Shown piece by piece: positions 25,932-38,619 of a stretch of 64,000 nt of DNA. Position 1 is the first letter of the stretch. Each line of letters opens with the position of its first letter. A model generated the notes under the pieces. It was not told where the DNA came from and made no database searches. It saw nothing but the letters and a program-made list of their open reading frames with translations. The position numbers and the translations under genes are program-made. The DNA is from Octopus vulgaris (taxonomy: Eukaryota), in contig OX597831.1 in NCBI GenBank assembly GCA_951406725.2, positions 23,374,001-23,438,000 on the forward strand, written 5' to 3'.

Positions 25932-25935
<4 letters not shown>
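25768..25935 (+). mobile_element. SINE family A head
   Basis: Homology; inverted relative to 26210-26372. Confidence 0.85.
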
Positions 25936-25999
<64 letters not shown>

Positions 26000-26144
26000 T
26001 AATATCAAAGGGTAATCTGAAATATTAGAAATTTCCATTACCAGAGGCTTCTCTAGCGTGCAGATAGTCCTATGATGGATACCTCTTTTGTGTAAATGTA
26101 CACTGTATTTATATATATACATACATACATACATATACATACAT

Positions 26145-26189
<45 letters not shown>

Positions 26190-26209
26190 TAGATAGATAG
26201 ATAGATAGA

Positions 26210-26372
26210 TACAACAGGTTTCTTTTCAGTTTCTGTCTACCAAATTCACTCACAAGGCTTTTGTCAGCCCTAGGATATTTGTAGAAGACACAAGCCTAAG
26301 GTGCCATGCAGTGGGACCAAACCTAGAACCATGTGGTTGGGAAGCCAGCTTCTTACCACACAGCCACACCTG
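26210..26372 (-). mobile_element. SINE family A head
   Basis: Homology to other family A copies. Confidence 0.85.
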
Positions 26373-26559
26373 TACCAACACAAACACAAACACACACATG
26401 CACACACACACACACACACACACGCACACACACACACACAAAAACGCAATATTTTTGGTTGGGCTACGGTAATACTTCAAATTTATTTAAAGGATACAAT
26501 CTGAGCTACAATAAGAATTGTAACAGAAAAAGGTCATCCTTAAAGAAAGAAAAGAAAAG

Positions 26560-26593
<34 letters not shown>

Positions 26594-27249
26594 CATGCAT
26601 TCACATACGACAGGAAATACCGAAGCTAATGAAATCATTGAATATATTGCATCTAAAGTACAAACCACATGGCCAACCACTTTACCATTCACACATAGAC
26701 AACTAATCAAGAATTTATATCTTATCAGCTTTCTATAAGGCAGGTGTATAATCCTTGTTCTTAAGATGTTCTTTAGAAGACGCCAACTGAGCGATGAGAG
26801 AAAAGATTGCTTTGATAAGATAGGAAATATCAATAGCATGTATTACTTTTCTGTTTTCAATTTTATACTTTGCATTTTATTCTAAATCTCACACACCCAA
26901 TCATACACACACTTATATAAATCTACAGATCAGCTATGTTGATGATCATCATCATAATGATGATGATGATGAACGCACATTAACCATGCAATGAAAGTTA
27001 TTGCTGCAAGAATCTTATAAAATTCTAATGATTCAAATTATCACTTCAAAAGCGGATCATATTTCCTCAAAACATGAAAAGCAGATGGAAAAGAAAACCG
27101 TTACCTTTGATCTAAAATTCTAATGAGACACACCTACACGCTCATGTTTGCATATACTTTTAATTATATATGCTTCTTGTTAGGCCATTGCATAAATAAT
27201 TACTTGTGGTAATATTGCAACAGGACAGGACAGGACAGGACAGGACAAT

Positions 27250-27450
27250 GTGGCGATCTGGCAGAATTGTTAGAAAGCCAGTCAAAATGCTTAGCAGTAT
27301 TTTATCTGTCTTTACGTTCAGAGTTCAATTTCTGCTGAGGTCACCATTGTATTTAGTTCCTTCGGGATTGATAAAATAAGTACTGGTTTTATGTAACTGA
27401 CCTAGCCCATTCTCTGAAATTGCTGGCCTTGTGCCAAAATTTGAAATCAA
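27250..27450 (+). mobile_element. Family H copy
   Basis: Homology to 24600. Confidence 0.75.
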
Positions 27451-27499
27451 TTTTGCAACAAGACATATATTTGAGAAGATCTGTTGAGTCAAATAAAAC

Positions 27500-27853
27500 C
27501 AGTATCATAGCTGGGACCGGTACCCCTGGCTTGTTCCTGTGTCAGTGGCACATAAAAAGCACCATCCGAACATGGTCAATGCCAGATCCACCTGACTGGC
27601 TCTCGTACTGGTGGCACATAAAAAACACCAGCTGATCCTGACCAATGACAGTACTGCCTGACTGGTTCCTGTGCTGGTGGCACATAAAAAGCACCCACTA
27701 TGCTCTCGGAGTGGTTGGCGTTAGGAAGGGCATCCAGCTGTAGAAACATTGCCAGATAAGATTGGAGCCTGGTGCAGCTGCTGGCTCTCCAGACCTCAGT
27801 CAAACCGTCCAACCCACGCCAGCATGGAAATCGGACATTAAACGGTGATGATG
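27500..27853 (+). mobile_element. RTE 3' UTR fragment with three gtggcacataaaaa(g)cacc repeats
   Basis: Ends aacccacgccagcatggaaatcggacattaaacggtgatgatg. Confidence 0.8.
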
Positions 27854-27958
27854 AAAGGACTGGACAAGCCAGTGAGCTGGTATAATTGTTAACACACTAA
27901 ATGCACTATGTACCACTCGTTCATAAAATAAGAAATATATATTCAAATGCTGACCACA

Positions 27959-28366
27959 TAGGCGCAGGAGTGGCTGTGTGGTAAGTAGCTTGCTAACCAA
28001 CCATATGGTTCCAGGTTCAGTCCCACTGCATGGCATCTTGGGCAAGTGTCTTCTGCTATAGCCCCGGGCCGACCAATGCCTTGTGAGTGGATTTGGTAGA
28101 CGGAAACTGAAAGAAGCCTGTCGTATATATGTATATATATATATATGCGTGTGTGTGTGTATATGTTTGTGTGTCTGTGTTTGTCCCCCCAGCATTGCTT
28201 ACGTCCCTGTCACCTAGCGGTTCGGCAAAAGAGACCGATAGAATAAGTACTGGGCTTACAAAGAATAAGTCCCGGGGTCGATTTGCTCGATTAAAGGCGG
28301 TGCTCCAGCATGGCCGCAGTCAAATGACTGAAACAAGTAAAAGAGTATATCAGAAGTAAAAGAGTA
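27959..28366 (+). mobile_element. SINE family A
   Basis: Homology to other family A copies. Confidence 0.92.
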
Positions 28367-28561
28367 CATATGTAGACGTAATACTCAATAAGACAAAATA
28401 CATTTTATTATTGATCACAATAAGGTGGTGAACTGGCAGAATGCTTAGTAGCACTTCATCAGTCTTTACATTCTAAGTTCAAATTCTGCCAGGGCTGACT
28501 TTGCCTTTTGTCCTTTCAGGATTGATAAAATACATACCAGTTGTTCAGTGGGGTCAATATA

Positions 28562-28955
28562 TGTTTCTTTATTATCCACAAGGGGCTAAACACAGAGGGG
28601 ACAAACAAGGACAAACGAATTAAGTCGATTGCATCGACCCCAGTGCATAACTGGTACTTAATTTATCGACCCCGAAAGGATGAAAGGCAAAGTCGACCAC
28701 AGCAGAATTCGAACTCAGAACGTAATGGCAGACGAAATACCTGTTTCTTTATTACCCACAAGGGGCTAAACACAGAGGGGACAAACAAGGACAAACGAAT
28801 TAAGTCGATTACATCGACCCCAGTGCATAACTGGTACTTAATTTATCGACCCCGAAAGGATGAAAGGCAAAGTTGACCTCGGTGGAATTTGAACTCAGAA
28901 CGTTAGGGCTAAACATTTCGCCCGGCGTGCTAACGGTTCTGCCAGCTCGCCGCCT
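28562..28955 (-). mobile_element. Young family H copy with a 180-bp internal tandem duplication, inserted antisense into an older H copy
   Basis: 14-bp TSD GTGGGGTCAATATA (28548-28561, 28956-28969); units at 28562 and 28742. Confidence 0.9.
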
Positions 28956-29320
28956 GTGGGGTCAATATAATCAACTTGCTCCTGTCTTAAAATTGCTAAC
29001 TTTGTACCACAATGTGAAATCAATATTGATCATCAATTATGTAGCAAACTCACAGAACGCTTAGTGGCATTTCATCTACCTTAACAGTCTGAATTCAAAT
29101 TCTGCCAAGGTTGTTTTTACCTTTCATCCTTTCAGGGTCAATAAAATAAGTACTGTGATTGATGTAATCGGCTTAACCCTCCCTAGAACTTGCAGGCCTT
29201 GTATCAAAATTTGAAACTAATATTGATCAATAACACACGTCATATATAGTAATAGGAAATATATTATATTTAAATGCAGACGGCATATGTAGACATAATA
29301 GTTAGCAGTACAAAATATAT

Positions 29321-29540
29321 TTAACCCTGTAACATTTAAGCTGGCTATAACTGACCCAAACATGATGTCTGTACAAACTGGCCAGATCCAGCCTCTCACA
29401 TCTACTCTACAATGTCATTCTAATAATGCACAATCACATCACCGAAATATCAAAGCTACAAGATAATGCATGATTTATTCAAAACAATGGGAATAAACAA
29501 GCATTGCATTCGACAGAGTCATCTGAAAGTTAAAAGATTA
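29321..29540 (+). mobile_element. piggyBac-like MITE (TTAACCC...; other copies end GGGTTAA)
   Basis: Starts ttaaccctgtaacatttaa; the body matches 19360-19882 and 56253-56775. Confidence 0.65.
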
Positions 29541-29543
29541 GAT

Positions 29544-29702
29544 CATTATTTACATTATTTACACTATTTACATTCGACGGATATTTGTCCTCATCTTGTT
29601 TGTTGTTAACACAATGTTTTGGCTGATATACTCGCCAGCTTTCCTTAGATGTCTTTGGGAAATTTCTAACCTGGGTTCTCATTCCTAAGCTATTTTTCAA
29701 TG

Positions 29703-29755
<53 letters not shown>

Positions 29756-29848
29756 GTTGTTGTTGTTGTTGTTATTATTGTTATTGTTCAGGTCACCCCA
29801 AGATTCTGAGTTTGATTGCAAGCAGTGACTTGAACAATAATAATAATC

Positions 29849-29902
<54 letters not shown>

Positions 29903-30070
29903 GTAACATCAAAAAATACCTTAGGAATGAGAACCCAGGTTAGAAATTTCCCAAAGACTGCTGGAGGGTATATCGGCCAAAACATTGTGTTAACAACAAA
30001 CAAGATGAGGACAAATATCCGTCGAATGTAAATAATGTACATAATTCCTCATCTCTTATATATAGAACTG
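29544..30070. mobile_element. Foldback retroelement with a tRNA-like centre, (TAA)n arms, degenerate hammerhead motifs and a 13-bp TSD
   Basis: 29546-29797 is the reverse complement of ~29825-30045; TSD TAAAAGATTAGAT (29531-29543, 30071-30083). Confidence 0.85.
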
Positions 30071-30318
30071 TAAAAGATTAGATATTGACCACATATGAAG
30101 ATATAGTGGTTATATGGCTAAAATGCATTGGAAAATGTTACTTTTACAAAATATATCTGAATAGCAGTCACATATGTTGATATGATAGTTAGTACTACAC
30201 CAAAAACTAAAATACTAATTCATTATATTGGTATAATAGCTGTGCAAAATACATTGAAATACTAAAAGCATTCACAGTGAAAACTGCTTTTGCTTTCACT
30301 TGTTAATTTAAACATTAA

Positions 30319-30352
<34 letters not shown>

Positions 30353-30830
30353 GTTTAACGTCCGCTTTCCATGCTAGCATGGGTTGGACGGTTCAACTGG
30401 GGTCTGGGAAGCCCGAAGGCTGCACCAGGCCCAGTCAGATGTGGCAGTGTTTCTACAGCTGGATGCCCTTCCTAACGCCAACCACTCCGAGAGGTGTAGT
30501 GGGTGATTTTATGTGCCACCGACACAGGTGCCAGACGAGGCTGGCAGACGGCCACGCTCGGATGGTGTTTTTTATGTGCCACCGACACAGGTGCCAGACG
30601 AGGCTGGCAGACGGCCACGCTCGGATGGTGTTTTTAATGTGCCACCGACACAGGTGCCAGACGAGGCTGGCAGACGGCCACGCTCGGATGGTGTTTTTTA
30701 TGTGCCACCGACACAGGTGCCAGACGAGGCTGGCAGACGGCCACGCTCGGATGGTGTTTTTAATGTGCCACCGACACAGGTGCCAGACGAGGCTGGCAGA
30801 CGGCCACGCTCGGATGGTGTTTTTTATGTG
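30319..30830 (-). mobile_element. RTE 3' UTR with five tandem 63-bp units (30511-30830)
   Basis: (CAT)n tail; unit atgtgccaccgacacaggtgccagacgaggctggcagacggccacgctcggatggtgtttttt. Confidence 0.9.
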
Positions 30831-31639
30831 AGTTAAAATTTCTCCTGATTTCTAATGGACTGAGAAAGTAGAGTGTACACAGAGTGTAGCGCTACTTTAT
30901 AGTTATTTCAGCATCAAGCAATCTGATTAAAAATACTTTCAAGAATTAATCATATTTCAATCTCAGAATTCATTGAATTCAGGTCCCAATTTTCGGTAAG
31001 AATTGTTAGAGAGAGACATGTTATTTCAAATTGAAAGTGATAATGCCGAAGTTGAATGGAAGACATGTCCACCGAGTATGTAAGGCTGCTGGTTATTGAA
31101 TGTTATTCTCAGTGAACTATAGTGTCAGAATTTATTTCAATTCCTATTTACTTCGGCAAACTTCAACCTATGCCAGCATCGAAGAATAGACATTGAACTA
31201 AGACTAATGATGAGAATGATGACAACGGCAACAGTGAAAGACTTTGCAAAATTTCATTGAATCTTTTGTCATTTAGCCAGAGTTTAAATACCTTTCGTCA
31301 AATGTAGGAAGTACGTACGGCGATAATTAGAAGGTGATTAGGATTAATTATGAAATAATGAAGGACCAGAAAATCTTTTAATAAGTGTTATGGTTGATGG
31401 CAGGAAATAGGCAGGAAATTTAAATACCTTTTATCAAAGCTAGCACAAATGTCTCTGAGAGGAAATGTGTGCTGTGCTTTTAAATGGAATGACAGAAACA
31501 CTAAAGTGGTCAACTAATTGCTCTGTTATATTTAATTATCTCCTTTTACTTTCTGAGTTCGAATCCTGTCAAGATCAACATTACATCATATCTTTCTTAA
31601 CTCTTTTGTGAGCATATTTCTAATGAAATGCATTGTTCA

Positions 31640-32420
31640 TGCTTCGTTTTTTCTTTTTCTGCCTTTAACCCTTCAACGTATAGTCCACTTATAGCTGAAT
31701 TCCATGTCGCATAATTTTTGGCTTCTGTACTTATACTCTGCCATGAATGTCCCCCTTTTTCTAGTTCCTTTTGTGTTGATCTCCACCACGAATTCTTAGG
31801 CCTACTTCTCTGTCTATATCCATCCAGTTTCCACTGTAAAGCACTTTTTGCTACATTTGGTGTGTCTTTTCTAATTGTGCTACTAATCCACTTCCACTTT
31901 TTCTTAAATATTTGCTCCCTAATCAAAACTTGATTTGTCCTTTGCCATAGCTCCATATTGCTTATGTTTATGTGTTTGGGCCATCTAATTTTAAGTATAC
32001 TTCACAAGCATCTGTTGATGAATGATTGTATTTGCTTATTTGACTTAACTGTTGTTCGCCATGTCTCAGCTCCATACAATAACACCGCTTTTACATCAGT
32101 GTTAAAAATTCATATTTTGTTCTTTATTGAAATTACACTTGTGCTCCATACTTTCTTTAACAGGTGAAAAGCGGTCCTTGCCTTACTTATTCTCGTCTTA
32201 ATATCTTCGTCGGTGCCACCTGTAAACGTTATCTTACTACCTAAATACGTAAACTCAGCTACATTCTCTAGTTCACCGGTTTCGACTTTAATACGTTTGC
32301 TGTCTTCTTCATTAATGCGTATATTTTTTTGATTTGTTGCGGTTGACTTTCAATCCTAGTTTGGCAGCTATTGCTTCTAAATTTGATGTTTTCTTTTGCA
32401 TTTGCATTGTCCATGCATCT
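31640..32420 (-). mobile_element. 5'-truncated RTE-clade LINE of a different family, pseudogenised RT C-terminal region
   Basis: Minus strand ...EFTYLGSKITFTGGTDEDIKTRISKARTAF...VLLYGAETW...FINRCL*SILKIRWPKHISNMELWQRTNQ...KWKWISSTIRK...RPKNSWWR, with stop codons. Confidence 0.9.
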
Positions 32421-33097
32421 GTATTAATTTTGAAAATAATAAAGAATTTAGCTGCATTTAAGAAAATAGCCTCTGCCTATTAAGCTGGTGTTTGAAATAT
32501 AACATAAGGCTCTTACATAAAATTTTAATGGAAAGTTTTAATTTGAAAATTAACATCATAAATTAAAAAGTTTTGAGTCATAAAATTAGAGGAAATCTCA
32601 TACAGGCCTTTATCAAATAAACTAAGTTAATAAAATTAATAAAAATCATGTAACATGCTTTGTTCAATTAACAATTGACTTTGAGGGGGGTCATTAAAAA
32701 GTTATATGAAAAGCAACAGTGGACAAAAGAAATTGAATGAGTTGTCCAAATAAAGATAGAGCCACCTAGGACCAATCAAGGTACCCCTCATATCTTTAAG
32801 TACCCTGATTACTTAGGTCAAGTGCCATCTCCCATCTGTTTGCTTGCCTACAGGAACATACTAAAAGTAAAGCTTTTTGAGCTATAGTGGGCACTCTAAT
32901 GTGTCTTTCTCCAAATATGACAGAGGCCAGTACAACCCTTTCCATCTTAACATTGCTCTATAAGTGGAACTTGAAGTTGATGAGGACTTGGTCAAAGAGG
33001 AAAAGTGTTTGACTTCAATCTTTTAAATCTTGACCACCATATAATTTCTTTATCCATATCGTAAATGATTTCACATATATACACACCACCAGGTAAA

Positions 33098-33400
33098 GGA
33101 TCATGAATGATCATGGGATTGCACCTAGAGAGTTAGTTTCCCTGGTGCAAGTCCAGGCAAGGTTGTTTATGGAAGACCAGCAGTCGCCCATGCATACCAG
33201 CCTCCCCTTTCCATGCCACAAATGTTATCCAAGGGAAAGGCAAAGGGGCCAATACAGCTTGGCACCAGTGATGCCACAACTCATTTCTACAGCCAAGTGA
33301 ACTGGAGCAATGTGAAATAAAGTGTCTTGATCAAGAACACAGCACACTGCCCGGCCCCCTGAAATTGAACTCACTACCTCTAACTACTGAGCTGTACACC
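33098..33400 (-). mobile_element. SINE family C
   Basis: Homology to 62341-62686. Confidence 0.85.
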
Positions 33401-33557
33401 ACAGATGTGAAAATGGGGCCAGGATGATTGTTAATCAATCCCTGTATTTGAACTGTATTTTCTTTTACCAGCATTTAATTATCTGAATTCAGATCCCATC
33501 AAAGTTAACTTCACCTTTCGTTCTTATGAGGGAGGTGGTTACTACAATAAATATCAA

Positions 33558-33974
33558 TAGGCGTAGGAGTGGCTGTGTGGTAAGTAGCTTGCTTACCAAC
33601 CACATGGTTCCGGGTTCAGTCCCACTGCGTGGCACCTTGGGCAAGTGTCTTCTACTATAGCCTCGGGCCGACCAAAGCCTTGTGAGTGGATTTGGTAGAC
33701 GGAAACTGAAAGAAGCCTGTCATATATATGTATATATATATGTGTGTATGTATGTTTGTGTGTGTGTATACATTCGTGTCTGTATTTGTCCCCCCAACAT
33801 TGCTTGACAACCGATGCTGGTGTGTTTACATCCCTGTCACTTAGTGGTTTGGCAAAAGAGACCGATAGAATAAGTACTAGGCTTACAAAGAATAAATCCT
33901 GGGGTCGATTTGCTCAACTAAAGGTGGTGCTCCAGCATGGCCACAGTCAAATGACTGAAACACGTAAAAGAGTA
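33558..33974 (+). mobile_element. Full-length SINE family A
   Basis: Close match to the other full-length copies. Confidence 0.93.
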
Positions 33975-35467
33975 ATAAACTTGGGTTAATTAATCCATTG
34001 CTTACTTACTCAAGATATACGATCTTACATATATGATGGAAATTATAAAATCTTTATTGTTATTGGAACTATCAGTTAGTCATTGCGCTTGTGGCTTCTT
34101 CATATTCTTGCAGGAAAAAAGAAAAAAACCTGTTATTTCTTTGATTTTGTATTGCCGTGATTGACTTGGACCGCATTTTTTTACAAAAAAAACAAAAAAA
34201 AAAGAAATGTCTTTTCATTCACTCACTGAACCTTCTATACCATGTAATTAAGTCACACAAGAAAAGAAGTTGTTTGTATTTCATGACAGAACAGTAAAAC
34301 CTTGCAAGGGAAATGAGAGGAGCTGGCTACTTCAACCAACAAAAACCACAGATAGATCTGTCTTTAAAATCAATTTCTCCCGCATTATAGAACTTCATTG
34401 ATTTGCAGGTTTAACGGTAATGACTCAGAAAATTTCATTCAGTTTAATGCTATTTTGTCGGTTTAAACGTCTTACATCAAATGGAAGGAGCAGATAATTA
34501 GAAATCAATTAGATTTAATTAAGAAGGGAAGGAAAACTTTGTGAGATCTTAAAATTGGAATGTGATTTGGGAAATAAGAAGTTTTCCTATTTTCCTTCAG
34601 TGCTAGAGTATAATATTAATTTGTTTTCCTGCCTGTTAGTATTGGTGAGATGGTGTATCTACTAAAACAGCTGTCTTTAATATTGGATGAACTATTTCGG
34701 TACCACTTATCACTAACTCCTCATCTGTGATGCTTATGTAGGGAACATCTTTGTAAAGTCAAGCTAACAAGTGTAAGAGAAGCTGATTGCTTGGCTTTTC
34801 TCAGGGACAAAACAGAATTATCTGGCAGGAGAAATTTAACTAAGGACAACAAGATAGCAGTCATTGTGCTTTGCATTTATAGTGAAACCCAGGATTCGAA
34901 CACCAATCGCTAAGTTATCAGGTTAGTCCCACAAATGTACCACATGTGTGTTCTAGTTGCCAACCATCTGAATTGCAGGAAATCACACCACTAAGTCAGA
35001 ACAAAAGTGTGTGTCCTTGAGATCCACCTGCTTTTCTCTAATTATAAGCAGTTTGGTGTGAAGAATCTTAGCAGAGGCTGAGAGCAATCTGAGAACACAC
35101 ATCACACCTCTAATGACAAGCAAGCCAGGCTAGGCCAGAGCTTTAGCAAGACATCTTGTCTTTTTCTCTCAAAACTAATAGCTGAGTAAGCACAGCTAAA
35201 GATAAATTATTTCACTCTTGCCCAAAGCAAACTGGAGAAGAAATGTGAGTAGATTCGGATGAACACACATCTCGACTTCCATCCAAAACTAATTCGTTCT
35301 TGTCTCTAGAATAATCCATTAATGACTGTAGAACTTAGATACTATGAAAATCTCAACAGTGAGTATCTGAAAATCCATGGATATATATGTACATCCTTTC
35401 CTTAAATAAATATATAGAATGTTCACAAGTTTTGTTTCCGTTTACACACATGGCCCAGTCTGATCCA

Positions 35468-35680
35468 TAATAATGTTTTCGAATTTTGGCACAAAGCCAG
35501 CAAGTTCAGAGTAGGAGTAAGTCGATTGCATTGACCCCAGTACATAACTGGTGCTAATTTTATCAACCCCAAAGGGATGAAGGGCAAAGTTGACTTTGGT
35601 GGAATTTGAACTCAGGACATAATGATGGATGAAATGCTGCTTATATTTCACCCAGCATGTTAATGATTCTGCCACCTCAT
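35468..35680 (-). mobile_element. Family H copy
   Basis: Reverse-complement homology to 24600. Confidence 0.75.
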
Positions 35681-35883
35681 TACCTTAGCCTGATCTATGA
35701 TAACCTTACAACAAAGCCATGATGAAAATTGAGAACAACGCCCTTCATGAAACAGGTAACTATTTAAAACTGGCCCTATGCTTTTTGTTTATATCCAACC
35801 GACCACAATGTTGTGAGTTTTTACCAAACTCACCAAATTTGTACAAGAAGAATGGTAGTTTTATAAGTGGTGTTGATCTTACT

Positions 35884-36103
35884 ATGAAGGGGTGCTGTAA
35901 AGTTCTCGACTCTAAGGCTATCATGAAGGGCCTGCTTGGAGGCCCGACCTTCTGAGCTCTTTTACAGGCCTTAGAAAAACTGAAGGACTGCTGCACTAAG
36001 TGTGTGAATCTTTGAGGGGAATATGTTGAATAAAATCATAATTAACAGATCCTCTTGTATTTTCTTTTACCCAAAGCCAGGAACTTTCCATCACCTCCTC
36101 ATA
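35884..36103 (+). mobile_element. Mariner-derived MITE
   Basis: TIRs tatgaaggggtgctgtaaagttctcg / ggaactttccatcacctcctcata with TA ends; encodes LEKLKDCCTKCVNL-GEYVE*. Confidence 0.85.
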
Positions 36104-36128
36104 ATATTGGAGAGCCAGTAGATGCCAA

Positions 36129-36450
36129 GAGTAGAGGAACAATGGCCCAGTGGTTAGGGCAGCGGACTCACGGTCGAAGAATCACGGTTTCAATTCCCAG
36201 GCCAGGTGTTGTGTGTGTTTATTGAGCAAAAACACCTAAAAGCTCCACGAGGCTCCGGCAGGGGCTGGTGGTGACCCCTGTTGTAATCTTTCGCTACAAC
36301 TTTCTCTCACTCTCTCTTCCTTCTTCTTGAGTAATGCTGTGATGGACTGGCGTCCCGTCCAGCTGGGGGGGGGGAACACTTATGCCACAGAAACCAGGAA
36401 ACCAGGCCCATGAGCCTGGCTAGGTTTGAAAAGGGTGACGAAAGAACGAA
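36129..36450 (+). mobile_element. SINE family B with a variant tail
   Basis: tRNA head; 12-bp TSD AGTAGATGCCAA (36117-36128, 36451-36462). Confidence 0.9.
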
Positions 36451-37132
36451 AGTAGATGCCAAACCAGAGTCTCTTCTCCATTATCTAAAATTAAAAAAGA
36501 AGATAAATAACTAAGTGTAACGAACATTAAAACTAACGAGAATGATGAATTAGCAAAATTCCATTCCATCCTTTTGTTATCTGGTTTTTCCTAACACAGG
36601 AAATTAGTAATGAAAAAGCAATTGAGATTTATTAGTAGAAGTAAGGTGACATGCACTGTAACATCACATTGCTGTATTTACCATTTGTTGGTGATTCCCA
36701 ACACCTGATGGATGGCATCTTTGTATCATTTACCTGGAAATCCCGTTTGTCTGGTTGTGTAGTTGCTGCTGGTGTGGGAGTTACAAGGTCAGAGTGCAAA
36801 TCCTACCTCAACCGCTTTTAGTCACTTATTATGACATGCTGGTCCCTACACAGCACTAGAGCAATGTGAAAGGACAGGCTTTGCTCAAGAACATGACACA
36901 CCACCCATTCTGGGGACTGAACCCAAGATCTCTCGATCACTAGTGCAACACATTAATCACTGGACCAAGCACTTTCACTTCAATTAATTCGTAAAAACGA
37001 TTACTATCTGTACCTTTGGAATTCATTGATGGGATCTAACTGACAATAAGGGAGGGTATGTCATAGAAATAATTAAGAAAATATCTTTCAGAAATGACAA
37101 CTAATATTTAGAAGGTTAACATGATGTACTGA

Positions 37133-37798
37133 TAGGTGCAGGAGTGGCTGTTTGGTAAGTAGCTTGCTTACCAACCACATGGTTCCGAGTTCAGTCCCAC
37201 TGCGTGGCACCTTGGGCAAGTGTCTTCTACTATAGCCTCGGGCCAACCAAAGCCTTGTGAGTGGATTTTGTAGGCGAAAACTGAAAAAAGCCCATCATAT
37301 ATATCATCATCATCATCATCATCATCATTGTTTAACATTCGCTTTTCATGTTAGCATGGCTTGGACGATTTGACTGAGGACTGGCGAACCAGATAGCTGC
37401 ACCAGGCTCCAATCTTGATCTGGCAGGGTTTCTACAGCTGGATGCCCTTCCTAACACCAACCACTCCGAGAGTGTAGTGGGTGCTTTTACGTGCCACCAG
37501 CACGAGGGCCAGTACCGCTTGACTGACCCTTGTGCTGATATACATATATATATATATGCATGTGTGTGTATATGTTTGTATGTCTGTATTTGTCCCCCCA
37601 ACATCGACTGACAACTGATGCTGGTGTGTTTATGTCCCCGTCACTTAGCGGTTTGGCAAGAGAGACCGATAGAATAAGTACTAGGCTTACAAAGAATAAG
37701 TCCTGGGGTAGATTTGCTCGACTAAAGGCGGAGCTCCAGCATGGCCACAATCAAATGACTTGACTGAAACAAATAAAAGAATAGAAGGATAAAAGAAT
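37133..37798 (+). mobile_element. SINE family A with a nested antisense RTE 3' end (37304-37535)
   Basis: The A head and tail flank a (CAT)n-tailed RTE fragment inserted in the internal TA tract. Confidence 0.88.
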
Positions 37799-38556
37799 AC
37801 CCCTGGCTAATAGACCAGAGTCATGACTTGGAAGCACTCTGCCAAATTGTTTACTTTTGTACCAAAGACTCCAGTCGTTTTTTTTTTTTTTTTGTTTTTT
37901 GTTTTTGTTGTTGTTGTTGTTTTTGTTGTTTGGGCAGAGTTTAAAGAAGTAAAGAAGAGAAAACTTTTTATTGAATGCAGGAAGTATATATTTAGATAGC
38001 AATTATGATAAATTAAGAAATAATGAAGAAGCTAAAAGAACTCCAGGATGCGTTCTAGTTTATGAAGGAAAATCAGTTTATTGGAAAATTCAGCAAAATA
38101 CAGACAAGAAGTAGACAGTGAACAACAATAACAACAACAACAACATCAAGGAGAACAACAATAATATAAAGCAAAAAAAAAAAAAAATTACAAAAAAAAA
38201 ATGAAAAAGAGATAATCAACTTAGCTTTAATAAAAAGAAGTCCTGTGTATACTTAACTTCCGATTTATTTAACTCTATGGAGATTGATAGTAGATTTATA
38301 AGTTGAAAGGGATTTTGAATTTTTTTGATATCTTCTGTATATAAGCTTATCTGACCTACGTTTAACTTGGTTTGGACTTTATCTGATACATTTATGCAAC
38401 TGTAGCACACACAAACACACACACACACATAGACACACACATTCTTCCATTCTTTCACACGCACATCTACATACACGTTTTAGAATCATTTTAATTAATT
38501 TCTATTTTATCTTTCCTTTAATCGGCTATTTGAATTCAGAAATGGTTTAAACACGA

Positions 38557-38619
<63 letters not shown>

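Noticed and set aside
30379-30836. Repeat-protein ORFs or a CRISPR-like array
   Set aside because: 63-bp tandem units with no unique spacers inside a LINE 3' UTR; frames stay open only because 63 is divisible by 3.
31597-31956. 119-aa ORF as a host gene
   Set aside because: It is the C-terminus of a truncated RTE LINE with upstream stops.
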